Shown piece by piece: positions 37,588-50,709 of a stretch of DNA of 64,000 bases (within the stretch, counting starts at the first letter, position 1; each line of letters begins with the position of its first letter). A program made the position numbers and the translations under genes. Source of the DNA: Octopus sinensis (taxonomy: Eukaryota). The notes under the pieces are model-generated. The model ran no database searches. It was not told where the DNA came from and saw only the letters and a list, made by a program, of their open reading frames with translations. Location of the stretch: contig NC_042997.1 of assembly GCF_006345805.1 (NCBI RefSeq), positions 138,198,001 to 138,262,000 of the forward strand, written 5' to 3'.

Positions 37588-37660
37588 CAGGAGTTGGACA
37601 AAATAATGGAAATACCTAGTGTCATAGCATCATAATTTTGAAATATCTATTAAACCGTCA
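37588..37660 (+). mobile_element. Second, inverted terminal fragment of the same Tc1-like family
   Basis: caggagttggacaaaataatggaaatacctag..ataattttgaaatatctat is the reverse complement of 37478-37529. Confidence 0.65.
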
Positions 37661-38229
37661 TTTATTCTTTGTAAGCTTAGTACTTATTCTTTTGGTCTCT
37701 TTTGCCTAACTGCTAAGCTACGGTGATGCAAACACACCAGCATCGGTTATCAAGCAATACAGACACACAAATATATACACATTGGTAAGTAAGCTTCTCA
37801 CCACACAGCCATGCCTGCATCTATACCTATAGGTATAAAGGTGTGATCAGAAGATTGTGGTTTTGATTTCCCAGATTGGTGATATGTTGTGTTCTTGAGC
37901 AAAATACTTCATTTCAAATTGCTCCACTCCCACTCAACTGTAAATGAGTAACCCTACAACAGGATGGCATTCTGTTCAGAAGGAATGCTGGCCTACCCAT
38001 CTAGCCAGCTACAATAATGTAAGGAAGTGCATTGTGACTAGCATTATACAACAACATCAAAGAGTTTAGTCGATAAAGTAACATAGTGATAACCTCATTG
38101 CCATTACCCATCTCCTTGTGGTTCCTAAAAGTAATTTTCTTTTTCCCTCTCTCCCCTTCTACAAAATGTATATATATAATTCATGCCATGTTCCCACAGC
38201 ACTTCTACTTTTGAGGTACTGAGGTATTC

Positions 38230-38560
38230 AGATTTTTTTACCAATTTTTTCTAGTCTTGGGCTTTCTTTATACACCCTAATGTTCTCATTCCAGTCCATG
38301 TCATGATGCTGTTGAGCCAGTCTTTCTTGTCACCCTCTTCCCCTCCTAACCTTTTCAAATGTGATTGTCCTTGCAATGTGTACCAGCTGGAATCAGTGGC
38401 CACATACTTACTTGTGCTCTCAAATAATGAAAACATAACATGTAAAACTGAATATAAAGAGGTGAATTGTAACAGCATCAGCACAACAGCACAGTTAGCA
38501 ATGATAAAAATAAGATCTGGAATGACAAGAACAGTGTGACAAGCAACAAAGCAAGTCTAG
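38230..38560 (-). mobile_element. Degraded RTE-like LINE 3' fragment
   Basis: LQGQSHLKRLGG..WLNSIMTWTG resembles the RTE C-terminal pattern LQGKxxGKRxRGRP..WxxxIxxWTG. Confidence 0.5.
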
Positions 38561-39789
38561 TATAATCTGTGATAACTGCCATTGTATTGTATGATTATAT
38601 TATTAAGTATCATCAGTATCTAAAGTAATTTGAAGACTATAAACTCGAATGAGATCAGAAATGTTTGATAAATGATAGAAAAATAGCGATTTCCACCTAA
38701 CAGCGTTTCTCAATTTTAGTGCAGTTAACATTGTGATTATTTAATGATCTATGATGTATTCAATCAACTATGATGGCGATTTTGATCTTGATCTTTCTCT
38801 CAAATTCATTTCCGTCAGTTGTGCTATGTCTATCCAATCAACTATGCTCCGTGTAACAAAGACGGTGATTTTGTCCTAATTGGGTTTCTCTTTCTCAATT
38901 TCAGTGCAGTCGTTGCTATGTCTGCTCAATGAACTATGCTTTGTTAATTCCTATGTACATGCCATAAGTCTGTTCAGACTCGACCAGACAACAAAGCTGT
39001 TACAGTAGTAGTATCAGCAACTACAACAGCAACAACAATAACGAGGTTGATAAAAGTGTTTGTGCTGATGATGGTATTGGGTGTTGTAGTACTGGTCACA
39101 GTAATGTTGGTGTGTATAATGATGATAATAATTAGGATGTTGGTGATAATGATGATGGCGAGGAAAAGCAAGAGAAAAGAAGAGAAGCAGCAAGATTGAG
39201 ATGATGATGATGGGGTGGGGGAATAGTGTTGGTGCTGGTGCTGGCCTTCTTTGAAAGAAAATTCAGAAACATCTGAAGAGTGGGGCAAGTTATTAACGTT
39301 TTGCTATTTATTGTGATTGATTCATCAATTTAGGTGCAGGATGAGCCAACTAGATGTTTGCTTGAACTGGTATAAATAGCTGTCAAATCTCCCATACGTT
39401 GACCCTTTTAAGGTGCAATATGAAGGAGATGTTGAAAAGGAGGAAGGACTCATCAGATAATGTAGTTTTGGATATTAGCATGTTTGTCAGTCAGATCTGA
39501 ACACTAAAGGGTTAACTAACATATAAAGGCTTGCCTGCCTACCTATGTATGCAAAAACTGGAACCGGCACACTCTGTGGAAGAAATTTCCATGATTCAAT
39601 AGAGAAGTGGGGAGCACCAATGCACTGTGAAGTGCAGAGAGTAAGATGGGCAAGTAAGACATTTCGATTGTCTGCTACATCCATCTCCATCCTCAGTTGT
39701 TTTGACCTGGTCTTGACACTGGATTGAAAACAGTAATGGACAAGAGAATGAAGTTGATAGTGTGCAACTCTCCTTCACTTTAAACAAAG

Positions 39790-40038
39790 TTACCATTTGA
39801 GGGTGGCTGTTGCCAGTACTGCCTAACTGGCCCTCATGCTGGTGGCACATAGAAGCACCCACTACACTCTTGGAATGGTTGACGTTAGGAAGGGCATCCA
39901 GCTGTAGAAACTCTGCCAGATCAGATTGGAGCCGGTGCAGCCATCTGGCTTGCCAGTCCTCAGTCAAACCGTCCAACCCATGCCAGCATGGAAAGCGGAC
40001 GCTAAACAATGATGACAATGATGATGATGATGATGATA
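39790..40038 (+). mobile_element. 5'-truncated RTE 3' UTR copy
   Basis: Same terminal sequence, hairpin and (TGA)n tail as 23040-23241. Confidence 0.8.
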
Positions 40039-40293
40039 TGTAAATATAAGTATGTTGATGCAAACAAGAAAAATAGAACTCAAAATATGATTATGTATAT
40101 ATTTTTATTGAAATTTAGCAGAAGTAGCAGAGTAACTTGAGGTCTGAAAGTTTCATGCATTGGCACTTATATATAGATGCTCATAGAATTGGCAGACAGA
40201 AACCGAAAGAAGCTTGTTGTATACATAAGCATGTTTGTGTATGTGCATACACATGTGTGTTGATCATGTGCATGCATGCATGTATGAGTGTGT

Positions 40294-40342
<49 letters not shown>

Positions 40343-40343
40343 T

Positions 40344-40404
<61 letters not shown>

Positions 40405-41355
40405 GTGTGTGTGTATCTCCTTGTCTTGACAATGCACAATAGTTGTAAATGATTGGTAGCTGTCATACAAATTCATTTCCAATTTTCTGTGAGGACATTT
40501 TTGGCCAGGAGGAAATATTATCTTGCTTTGAAACAGATGAGGGCCAATCCAATCATAGAAAATCTGCCTCAATAAACTCTGTCTGACCCATGCGAGCATG
40601 GAAAAGTGGACATTAACCCTTTGGTATTTAAATCGACCATATCCAGATCCAGCCTCTCACACCTACTCAACAATGTCATTCTGAAAATAAGCAATAACAT
40701 CTTTGAAATCTGGAAGCTACAAGATAATGCCTGCATAATTCAAATTAACGTGAATATATAAGCATTACATTTGACAAAGTAATCTGAACGCTAAAGGGTT
40801 GAAATGATGATGACGACAATGATAATGATGATGATGATGATGATGACGACGACGATGACAACGAAGACGACGATGATGACGATGATGTGTGAGATCCTTA
40901 CAGCATGTGTATATAATATGCTGAATGCTTCCTTAAGGAACTTTCTTTCAGCCATAATCTTTTGTCAGTATAGTAACCATAGTAGCAGGTAATCAATTCA
41001 TTGGTTCTTTGTCCAGAAAAGAAAAAAAAAAAAATAAAGAAAAAGAAAAACGAAAAAGACAACAAAACAAACCAACAAACAAACAAACAAAAGCAAACTA
41101 TTCTAAGCTAGCAAGGACTGCTGTGACAGATATCAAGAATGTGTTATGAGCTATCATTTGACACTACTGAGTTTGCAAGCAACAGCAGCATGACACGTGA
41201 CCATGGGACATGTGACAGGTGACAGCAGACAGCTTGACCAGCATAATACTGTGAATCTGTGTTTGTCAATGTTTGTCAAATGACTGAAACCAAGTAAAAC
41301 AGTAGTTCCAGTGGTTAAGAAACAAGTAAAACATAGTTCTGTAGTTAAGAAATTC

Positions 41356-41371
41356 ACTGCTGCTGCTGCTG

Positions 41372-41425
<54 letters not shown>

Positions 41426-41453
41426 CACCACCACCACCACCACCACCACCACC

Positions 41454-41503
<50 letters not shown>

Positions 41504-41625
41504 CACCACCACCACCACTACACAACTACTACTACTACTACCACCACCACCACCACTGCTACTGCAGCTGCTGCTGCTGCCGCTGCTGCCACCGCTGCTA
41601 CCACCGCCTCCACCACCACCACCGA
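41356..41625. repeat. Compound triplet microsatellite (CTG/CTA/CCA)
   Basis: Direct reading. Confidence 0.95.
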
Positions 41626-42328
41626 CTGTCATAATCATAACACCAATAACATTACTGACCCTATTAAGACACTAACAACACTGATACAAATAATATAATT
41701 ACTGTCATGGTGGTGATCGTCAGCATCACCGTTCCTTTACCTCAATACTCCTTTATTAATACCAGTATATACCAATTAATCAATATTCACAGATACCATC
41801 TGATGAGTTAGTATTTAAGTGTACAATATATATAAATATTAAACTATTTCTAGATAATTTCTTTTCCTCCCTCTATAGTGGTAAAAGTTAGGTATATACT
41901 CAAAAGTATTCATAAATTTCTATCCTTTTGTTATAATATTTCAAAAGGCTGATTTTTGCCAATTTTTTTGCAGATTTGTATTCTCCATAGCCGAAAACGG
42001 GGGTTTGTTTAGAAAAAAAAAATTGAATAAAGAAGGAGTGTTTGGGGTGGGGGTACAAAAGGAAGTATTGCAGTATATATATACTATATATGTATATGTG
42101 TGTGGGCGTGCATGTGGCTGTGTCTGTGTTTGTTCCGCACCACCACTTGACAATCTAGTGTTGGTGTGTTTGTGTTCCTGTAACTTAGCAGTTCAACAAA
42201 AGAGATGGATTGAATAAGTACCAGTCTTGAAAAAAAAAGTACTGGGGTTGATTTATTTTGCTATGATTCTGCTAGGTTGTGCCCCAGAGCATGGCTGTAG
42301 TTTAATGTCTGAAATAAGTAAAAGAATA

Positions 42329-43635
42329 CGAGGGACGTTCAATAAGTAATGCCCCTGACCCACTTGCAGTTGTTTGATCTTGCTGAAATTTTGCCTGTGC
42401 AATTATTTATATCTCTATAGATTAAGTGGCAAATTACAGCTCTGAACTAATTGTGGTTTCTGATTTACAGGTATTTGAACTGAGTCAAGTGGGAAATGGA
42501 GCCTGTTGAGTGTCGAGCAGTGATCCGGTTTTTGTATTTGAAAGGACGCACACCACGGGAGACTTTTGATGAAATGAAAGTAACTTATGGTGATGATGCC
42601 CCATCATATGAACTTGTAAAACGCTGGCATCGTGAATTCAAACATGGTCGGAACTCTGTGGAAACAGCTCCCAGATCTGGTCGCCTCCTTCTGCCATTGA
42701 TAAGGCATCTGTCCGTCAAGTTGAGGCTGTCATTTTGGAAGATCGACGCATAACTATTCGCCAAATAGCCCATGAGGTCAAGATTAGCACCGGGTCTGTG
42801 GAAACTATCATTCATGACCATTTGCATATGCAAAAGGTGTCTGCCAGATGGATTCCCAGGTTGCTCACACCTTTCCAGAAGCAAGAACGCGTCGATTGCT
42901 TGAGGATGAATTTGGAGATGTGCCAAGAAGATGAGTCAAAATTTTTCAAAAGACTGATTACACAGGATGAAACCTGGGTCCATCATTATGATCCAGAGAC
43001 CAAAGCCCAGTCAATGCAGTGGAAGCACCGTGACTCACCTCCTCCAAGGGTACAGCCGTGACTACCTCCAAGGGTACAGCCCTCCGCTGGCAAGGTCATG
43101 CTCACAGTCTTCTGGGACCAGGACGGAGTAATGATGACAGATTTCCTGGCAAAGGGTGCCACAATTACAGGAGTCTATTATGCTTCACTTTTGAGGAAAT
43201 TAAGAGAAGCTATCAAAATCAAGAGGCGGGGCAAGATCAGCAAAGTCATCCTCCTCCTGCAGGACAACGCTCCGGTCCACAACTCGTGTGTCGCCAGATC
43301 AGAAGCACAGGCGTGCGGCTATGAACTCATCCCCCATTCCCTTTCCTCTCCTGACCTTGCACCTTCTGATGTTCACCTCTTCCCAGCCATGAAGTTGTTT
43401 TTGAAAAGAAAGCGTTTCCCAGATGATGCAGCCTTGATTTCTGAAGACACGTCATGGTTGGAGGACCAAGCTGGGGTCTTCTACAAAAACGGTCTTCAGA
43501 GCTGCATCAAACAATGGGAGAAATGCGTAACACTGGGTGGTTCCTGTGTAGAAAAAGACTAATAACTGTGCCAAGTTTCGTTGCTCTACTGCTATGGGAA
43601 GTGGGTCAGGGGCATTACTTATTGAACGCCCCTCG
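42329..43635 (+). mobile_element. Full-length mariner (DD34D) transposon, 1307 bp
   Basis: 37-bp TIRs (42329-42365 and 43599-43635, one mismatch); TA at 42327-42328 and 43636-43637; inserted in the tail of a family-A SINE. Confidence 0.95.
42496..43562 (+). pseudogene. Mariner transposase pseudogene
   Basis: WIPRLL, ITQDETW, QDNAPVH..SPDLAPSD (34-aa spacing); one frameshift near 42684 and a TGA at 43059-43061 within an in-frame 24-nt duplication. Confidence 0.92.
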
Positions 43636-44299
43636 TAAAAGAATTTTCTCCACAGTGAATTCAGTATTGGAAAAATTTCTGGTGTGTCCTCCTTCCCTTG
43701 GTGTTGTAAATATGTATCATTAAATGTTTAGCTTATCCTTTAACATCCAAATTAATGTAATGCTTATTCATTCACATTGTTTTGTATTAACCATGTATTC
43801 TCTCATAGCTTTGAGATTTCAATGTTGTAATTGTCTATTATTAGAATGACATTGTAGGGTTGGTGTAAGAGGCCAGATCTGGTAAGTTTGAACATGGAAC
43901 AGTAGAATGTTTGGGCTGGACATGGCTGCTTTAAATGCTAAAAGGTTAACCCCAGGCCTGCTTTCCCAGACTAAAACAATATTAAAATATTGCAGACCTG
44001 GATGACACTCAGTATTTGGGGAAGATGTTGAATGAATGAATTACCAGTAAATATATTTATAGCATACTATAACTACTCTAAAGTCAAAACAAGCTGTTCA
44101 GCAACATCAAACACTCAACTACGCAACTGAATATTTAGAAATGACAAAAGCATCACAATATCGGCTCTGTAATTAACTGCAAAGGAAGAAGTGATCCTGT
44201 TATGATGATAGAAATAGGAAGGGGATGTGAGCCAAATTATTGTTAACAACATAATATACAAAAGAAAAGGAACAGCCAAAATAGGAACCATATTCAATA

Positions 44300-44880
44300 C
44301 TCACTGAAAAATCATAGATTAGCTTTTCCTCTGTCTGTTTTTTGACACTGTAACCTTTTGATAGTAAACAGATTTTCAATGGTTCCAATGTTAGATATGT
44401 CAACATTAATCTGACAACTAATACTGACTAGTAACAAAAAAAAGAAAGAGAAAAGATTTTCATGCCTGTCATAGATGAAGGCTTTGCTGTAATCAAGGTC
44501 AATGACACTGCTTTTTGCTGAAATTCTTGAGAGAAAAATACTATTGGTGAGTGATATAGGGCAGCTAGTTTCTGATTGATCTAGCTCTACAGAAACTCTA
44601 CACATTTTCACTGAGAAGGGAGAGATTATTAGAGAGAATAAGGATATGATTGTTAATGATTACTTTCATCATCTTTGAGATTTTGGAAGTGAAAACACAA
44701 GGTTGGTAGCTGATAGCATATGAAAGTTTGCTTTTCTAGGAAATGGAATGCACTGTAAAGTGTTTTCAAAGATGGGATAGAGCTATATAGAAAGAAATGT
44801 TGAAGAATATGGCAAAGTTAGGAGATGTCTCGGGAGCACATTATTTGAGGGTAATGGAAGAGATATTATCATGGTTGTTG
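44300..44880 (-). mobile_element. Highly degraded CR1/L2-type RT fragment
   Basis: VIDLDYSKAF resembles VYLDFSKAF; upstream remnants resemble PDNI..LKxCAPE and NYRPISLTS; many stops. Confidence 0.6.
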
Positions 44881-44965
44881 CATTGTTAGCTTTGACCACC
44901 CAACAGAATTTCAGTCTAACCAATTTATTGTCATATTCTGTCTCATTATTCTTTATTTAGAGAAG

Positions 44966-45415
44966 AAAGGCGGCAAGCTGATAGAATTGTAAGCACACCA
45001 GAGAAAATACCTCACAGCATTTCTTCTGGTTTTTATATTCTGAGTGCAAATGCTACCAAGATTGACTTTGTCTTTAATCTTTAATCTTTTTGGGATTGAT
45101 TAAAAAGTACCAATTAAGCACTGGAGTTGATGTAATTGACTTACCTTTCCAATAAAATGGCTAAGCTTGCAGCAAAATTTGAAACCATTATTCTTTATTT
45201 AGAATGGTGGATTGGCTGACTTGTTCAAGCATCGGAAAAAATGTTTTGTAACATTTGTTCCAGCTTTTTACATTCTTAGTTCCAATACTGTTGAAGTCAA
45301 CCTTGACTCTCCATAGTGAATAAAATAAAGTACCAGTTAAGTACTGAGGCTGATTTAATCAGCCAAAATTCCTCCCTCAATGTTTGTGGCCATTGTGCCT
45401 ATGTTAGAAACAATT
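44966..45415 (+). mobile_element. Two adjacent (att)n-tailed family SINEs
   Basis: ggcggcaagctgatagaattg head at 44970 and ggtggattggctgacttg head at about 45205, each followed by the family body. Confidence 0.65.
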
Positions 45416-47034
45416 ATTTACATCTATAGAAAATTTCAATAACTTCAGATCCATAATCATTGCTCAATTGTTGTGAATTTCACTTTGCAACTATATGGTT
45501 TTAGGTTCAAACCCGCCTGTAATACTTTGGGCAAGCATCTTTTGCCATAACCATAGATTGATTAAAGTTTGGTGAAGGAAATTTGGTTAATGGAAACTGT
45601 GTAGAAGCACATTGGAAGGACTGTTCTTGTTCTTGGGAGTGAAGCTTAATCTTGGTTATCTCTAAGGGAACTGCTCAGTTGTAAGAATTGGAAGCAGAAA
45701 TTAGAATTCCTGAGCTGCCACTGGCCTTTACATTGAGAGTTATTTGTAATATTAAGATATACATTAAAAAGAGACCCTTAACTGAAAAAAAAATTATCAT
45801 TACAGCAATTTTCTCATAAGCAAAGGACAAATATCAAATTGGATAAAGTTATTGGGATACTAGATCATGAATCATGTGTTTAAATCCATTTCAGGCATAT
45901 CTTTGTAATTCTGAACATGACACTGCGTTGTATGTACTTCAGGTTACCTAGCAAATGGGAATACGTAGTAACTCTTTGGAGAATGCTCAGTTTTAGTTAC
46001 AGCAGACTGATATCCTTTACAGAGGACTATATATCTCCCATCTGCTTGCTGTGACAGTAACCACAATTAATTACCAATCTTATGGATCCTTAAAGGTTTG
46101 TGAAAGGATTGATAACAAAGTTATATATTTTTCTTGATAATATGACCATACAGTGTTTGCAATATAACAATGGCCTGCTTTTGAATAAGCTGTTAATGAT
46201 ATTGACTTCTATGTATAACTTATTCTATCCATTATACTCAAACAACATTTACTATTCAGTTTTCAGATAAGGCATCTATATCTTATTTATCTAAATTGGG
46301 GGCATTTGAAGCTGTATTAGTAGTACTTGCTATTCTTAAATAGCAATTTGATCAGCATCAATAAAAGCAAACATACATTCTATAATCAATAAATTCCCTT
46401 GAAAATCAACACTCTTCAAACATCCATCTCTTTAAATCCAGTCAGGTTTTTATCGACAGTTTAATTGACCTCGGTCATTCAATCGTTTAGCTGACTAAAT
46501 TAAATCACATAAAAACAATGTTTATTTATAACTTCACTTTATAAATAAAACCATCCTATTTATATATGGAATATTATAGAAACTAAATTACCATGATTAT
46601 TTTTTTGCCTTTTTCCTATACTAGCAAGTGGAAGTTAATATATTCATTCTTGTTATTGTCAGTTCCTAGAAGGTTCTGTTTTGATTGATTTCTTCAACAT
46701 GATGTTAAGCTAGAAAAACAGGAAGCTTATTTTATGCTGATATATTTTTTTAGGACATGATAATGTTTGTTTTCCTGTGAACGAGGAGCTGGATATATCT
46801 ACTATCTAATAAATCTGCAAGAAATTTAGGAACAAGTGCTTTGCAGTTATACAGATTTTAAAATACTGCCAAATGTTATTTGGCATGGTGGTGTCATTAT
46901 AACAAGTTCACTTTAGAACCGGATGATTCCAGGTTCAATCCTAATTCAGTGCTGCATACAGCACTGTGAGCATGTGTTTTCTACCATAGCATTGAGTTAG
47001 CTAAATATAGTAAATGGAAACAAACTGTATGGCA

Positions 47035-47088
<54 letters not shown>

Positions 47089-47089
47089 A

Positions 47090-47500
47090 GGTGCTGGCAT
47101 GGCTGTGTGATTAAGAAGTTTTCTTCTCAATCGCATAGTTGGGAGTTCAGTCCTACTTCAAGGCACCTTGGGTAAGTGCCTTCTGCTATCAGCTTTGCCC
47201 AGTGGATGGATTTGGCAGGTAGAAACTGAAAGGAGACCATCTCTCTCTCTCTCTCTCTCTCTCTCATTCACACATACACTTATCTGTTTGCGTGAGTGTG
47301 TGTGTGTGTATAAGCATGTGTATGTGTGTGTAATTGAGAGGGTACATATGTTTGTGTCTCTACGTCTTGACATTGCATGATAGTTGTAAATGAGTGTCAC
47401 TGTCATACAAGCAGTGTCATTCATTTCCATCATTCTATGAAAGCATGTCTGACCCTAGAGAAATATTACCTTGATTAGAAACAAATTAGAGTTGGCAGCA
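47090..47500 (+). mobile_element. Family-A SINE variant
   Basis: ggcatggctgtgtgattaagaag..ggagttcagtcct..ggcaccttgggtaagtg with an internal (CT)/(CA)/(TG) tract. Confidence 0.7.
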
Positions 47501-47704
47501 GAAAGAGTCCATCAATTACTTTGATTTACTTTATAATTGAAGTTGAACTCTAGTTCTGGTTCCAAAATGCTTGTAATGGTTACTGCTTAATAATCTTTTC
47601 CTAATTAAATACATCACACACACAGCATAAACCATCAGGTAAATATTTTCTTTGGGTACAATTTATTCTCACTTAAATTATTTTCAGAGTCTCTAAGAGA
47701 TCAT

Positions 47705-48047
47705 GTGAGGGCGCATGGCTCAGAGGTTAGTGTTGGGTTCACAATCATGAGGTAGTGAATTCAATTCCTGGACTGGGATGTGTGTTGTGTTCTCTAGCAA
47801 GATACTTTATTTCATGTTGTTCCAGTTCACTCAACTGTAGAAATGAGTTGTGACATCACTGGTGCCAAACTGTATAGGTTTTTGCCTTTCCCTTGGATAA
47901 CATTAGTGGTATGGAAAAAAAGGGGGTTCTGGTATACATTGGCAACTACTGGTCTTTCATACACAACCTTGCCGGGACTTGTGTCTCAGAGGGGAACTTT
48001 GTAGGTGCAATTCCATAGTCATTCATGACAGAAGGGAGTCTTTACCC
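47705..48047 (+). mobile_element. tRNA-derived SINE, family B
   Basis: Similar to 15408-15750 over its length. Confidence 0.85.
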
Positions 48048-48079
48048 TTTAAGAGCTCATAAAAAAAGTAATTTGCACT

Positions 48080-48660
48080 TGGTTATGTAGAAATAACCCG
48101 TTGAAGATGTCACCAATTTCACATTCATGGGCAGCTGGTGATTCTGAAGCAGATTTCAATTCCAGAATTGAGCATGCTGCAGCAGTGTTTAGAGGAATGA
48201 ACAAGATTTGGGCTAACACTTTGATTAGCAATGATATGACTATCATGCTATACTAGAGCATTGTCCTGCTAACAGCAGTCTATGCAGGACAAACTTGGGA
48301 AATGACTTCCAAGATCACTCAGAGGTTAAATGCATTCAATCAATGGCTACTATGCAGTATATTCAAGATCACCTACAGGGACAGAATCACAAACTGAAGT
48401 CCTGAGACAAACCAATCTGTGCAGCCTGCCAGAAATTGTGGTAGAAAGAGGAGTGAGACTTGAAGGTCATGTTTTCCAATTGCTAGGAGAATGAATACTC
48501 AAGACAGCTATCCCAAAGGGATGAAGAAGAGAGGGATCCAAAAAGACATTGTGTGCCATCTTCATAGAAGATCTGAAACAACTTAGCATCACTTGGGGAG
48601 ATGCAGGCAACTATGCTCCAAAGTAGGCTGTTTAAAGACATTTTGCTATCTGATGTATGG
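48080..48660 (+). mobile_element. Degraded RTE-clade LINE C-terminal fragment
   Basis: Manual translation gives DFNSRIEHAAAVF..SIVLLTAVYAGQTW..LNAFNQWLLCSIFKITYRDRITN. Confidence 0.65.
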
Positions 48661-48759
48661 GCCAGCTGTACAGGAGAAACTTCGAGTAAGAATTTGTGGA
48701 AATGAGTGAGTAAAGAAGTAAATTTTTTGGATGGAATGACAGCATAATATTGGTTTCAA

Positions 48760-48965
48760 GTTTTGGCACAAGACCAGCAGCTTCTGAGAAGAGGTTGAAT
48801 TGATTACATCAGCCCCAGTGCTTGACTGGTACTTATTTTATTGATCTTGAAAGGATGGAAGGCAAAGTCAACCATGGCAGAATTTGAACTTAGAATATAA
48901 GGACAGACAAAATAGCACTAAGCATTTTGCCTAGTGAGCTAACAATTCTGCCAGCTTGCCACTTT
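48760..48965 (-). mobile_element. SINE, (att)n-tailed family
   Basis: Reverse complement of 31995-32195. Confidence 0.75.
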
Positions 48966-49537
48966 ATGGCAGCATAATATTCTCAGAAGACACAACTGTG
49001 TCCTACATTGATTTGAATTCATAATCCACAAGCTAAAGGTCTGGTACCTAATGCCACCTGGTTATTTTATCTCTAAATCTGTAATTAAACCATGAAAGTG
49101 TACAGACATACAATCCAGTTAACTACTTATCTCTAATTAAATTATAAGCGTTAATTGTACAAGTGTGAAAATATGCAAGTATATTATTCAAGATTAGTGC
49201 ATAGTGTAGAAAATAACAATCTGTTAAGGCTAGCTAATATATCTGCAACAATAGCAAGTGTGCAACTGTGTGAGTTGCCAGGAGGCTTGTTTATGAACTT
49301 GACTAATTACATAAAACATGCTGAAATATTTCTCATTATTACAATCTATAATTGGACAACTTCCCCAGATAATAATTAGCTTTGCTGAAATTTCATTACA
49401 TTGCACTGCTCAATGTCTATCATAGTTATCTGTCTTACATTACATTTCACACACTGAAATTTTCTGTGGGATAGAAAACTGATGAAGATATCAGTCAGTG
49501 AAATATGGGATAGAAAGTTCATAAAGATATCAGATAT

Positions 49538-49609
<72 letters not shown>

Positions 49610-50263
49610 GTCATCATCATTATCATCATCGTCATCGTCGTCATTGCTGTCGTTGTCATTGTTGTTGTTGTTATCATATTCATCATTGTCATCATGAAAA
49701 GAGAGAGGGCAAATGGTGAGCAGTCATAGAAATGGTTAGTAGTAGGATAGAATGATGGATGTTACTTATATGTTTTCTGGGGGAGGAGTGGTGGTGCTAA
49801 GGAATATAGAAAAGTAATGACAACTGTTGAGAGAGAGGGTGGGAGGGGGAGAGAGAGAAAGAGAGAGTGAGAGAGGGAGAGACAGAGAGAGTGATGAATA
49901 ATCAAGATGGCAAGGGTGAGTGAGTGATGGATATCAATAAGAGTTACTTGAGGAAGAGTGAGTCATGGCTATCATTACAGGAGAGTAAATGGATGGGAAT
50001 ATTGGACACCGACATATCTGATGCAATTCTTTGTCTGTCCAAAATCATGATGAGAAAGAAAGGGGAGAGAAAGAGATACTGATGGTGGTAGGAAGGACTG
50101 AAAATAAACTGGTTTAATATTTTCCTTTAATACAAGGTGGGGATTATAATACAGGAGAGGGGTGATAGAAAAGTGAGAGAGATAGCAAAAGGATATTATA
50201 GAGACAGGATGGGTGAAAACCCTAGATGTAGATATGTATTATATATATATTGCAAACACATAT

Positions 50264-50340
<77 letters not shown>

Positions 50341-50709
50341 GTATGATGCATATGTGCCCAGATTACAGAGTGTGTAACTTTGTCAAAAACCTCCAGATCA
50401 ATGAATAAGTGGTACAAGTGGTTGTCTTACAAGGAAAATGGCACCAGTGGCCCTTCTTTCACATATAAATCTAAACAGCATCTCATCTAAACTAACTCTT
50501 TTCATATATTTTATAACTTGTCCCATCAATTTTCTGTCTTTGTAATTACCTCCCTCTCATGCATCAACCTTTATGGAAACATGTGGCATAGTGGAAATGG
50601 TGTTGGACTCAGGATTGTAAGATTCTGGTTTTGATTCCTGGACTGCGCAATGTGTCATGTTCTTAAGCAAAACACTTCATTTCATGTTGCTCCAGTTCAC
50701 TCAGCTTGC

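Noticed and set aside
49030-49480. TAAT-rich, repeat-free stretch as a conserved enhancer (also 41100-41350 and 63380-63720)
   Set aside because: Motif density alone is uninformative in AT-rich DNA; needs cross-species alignment or ATAC data.
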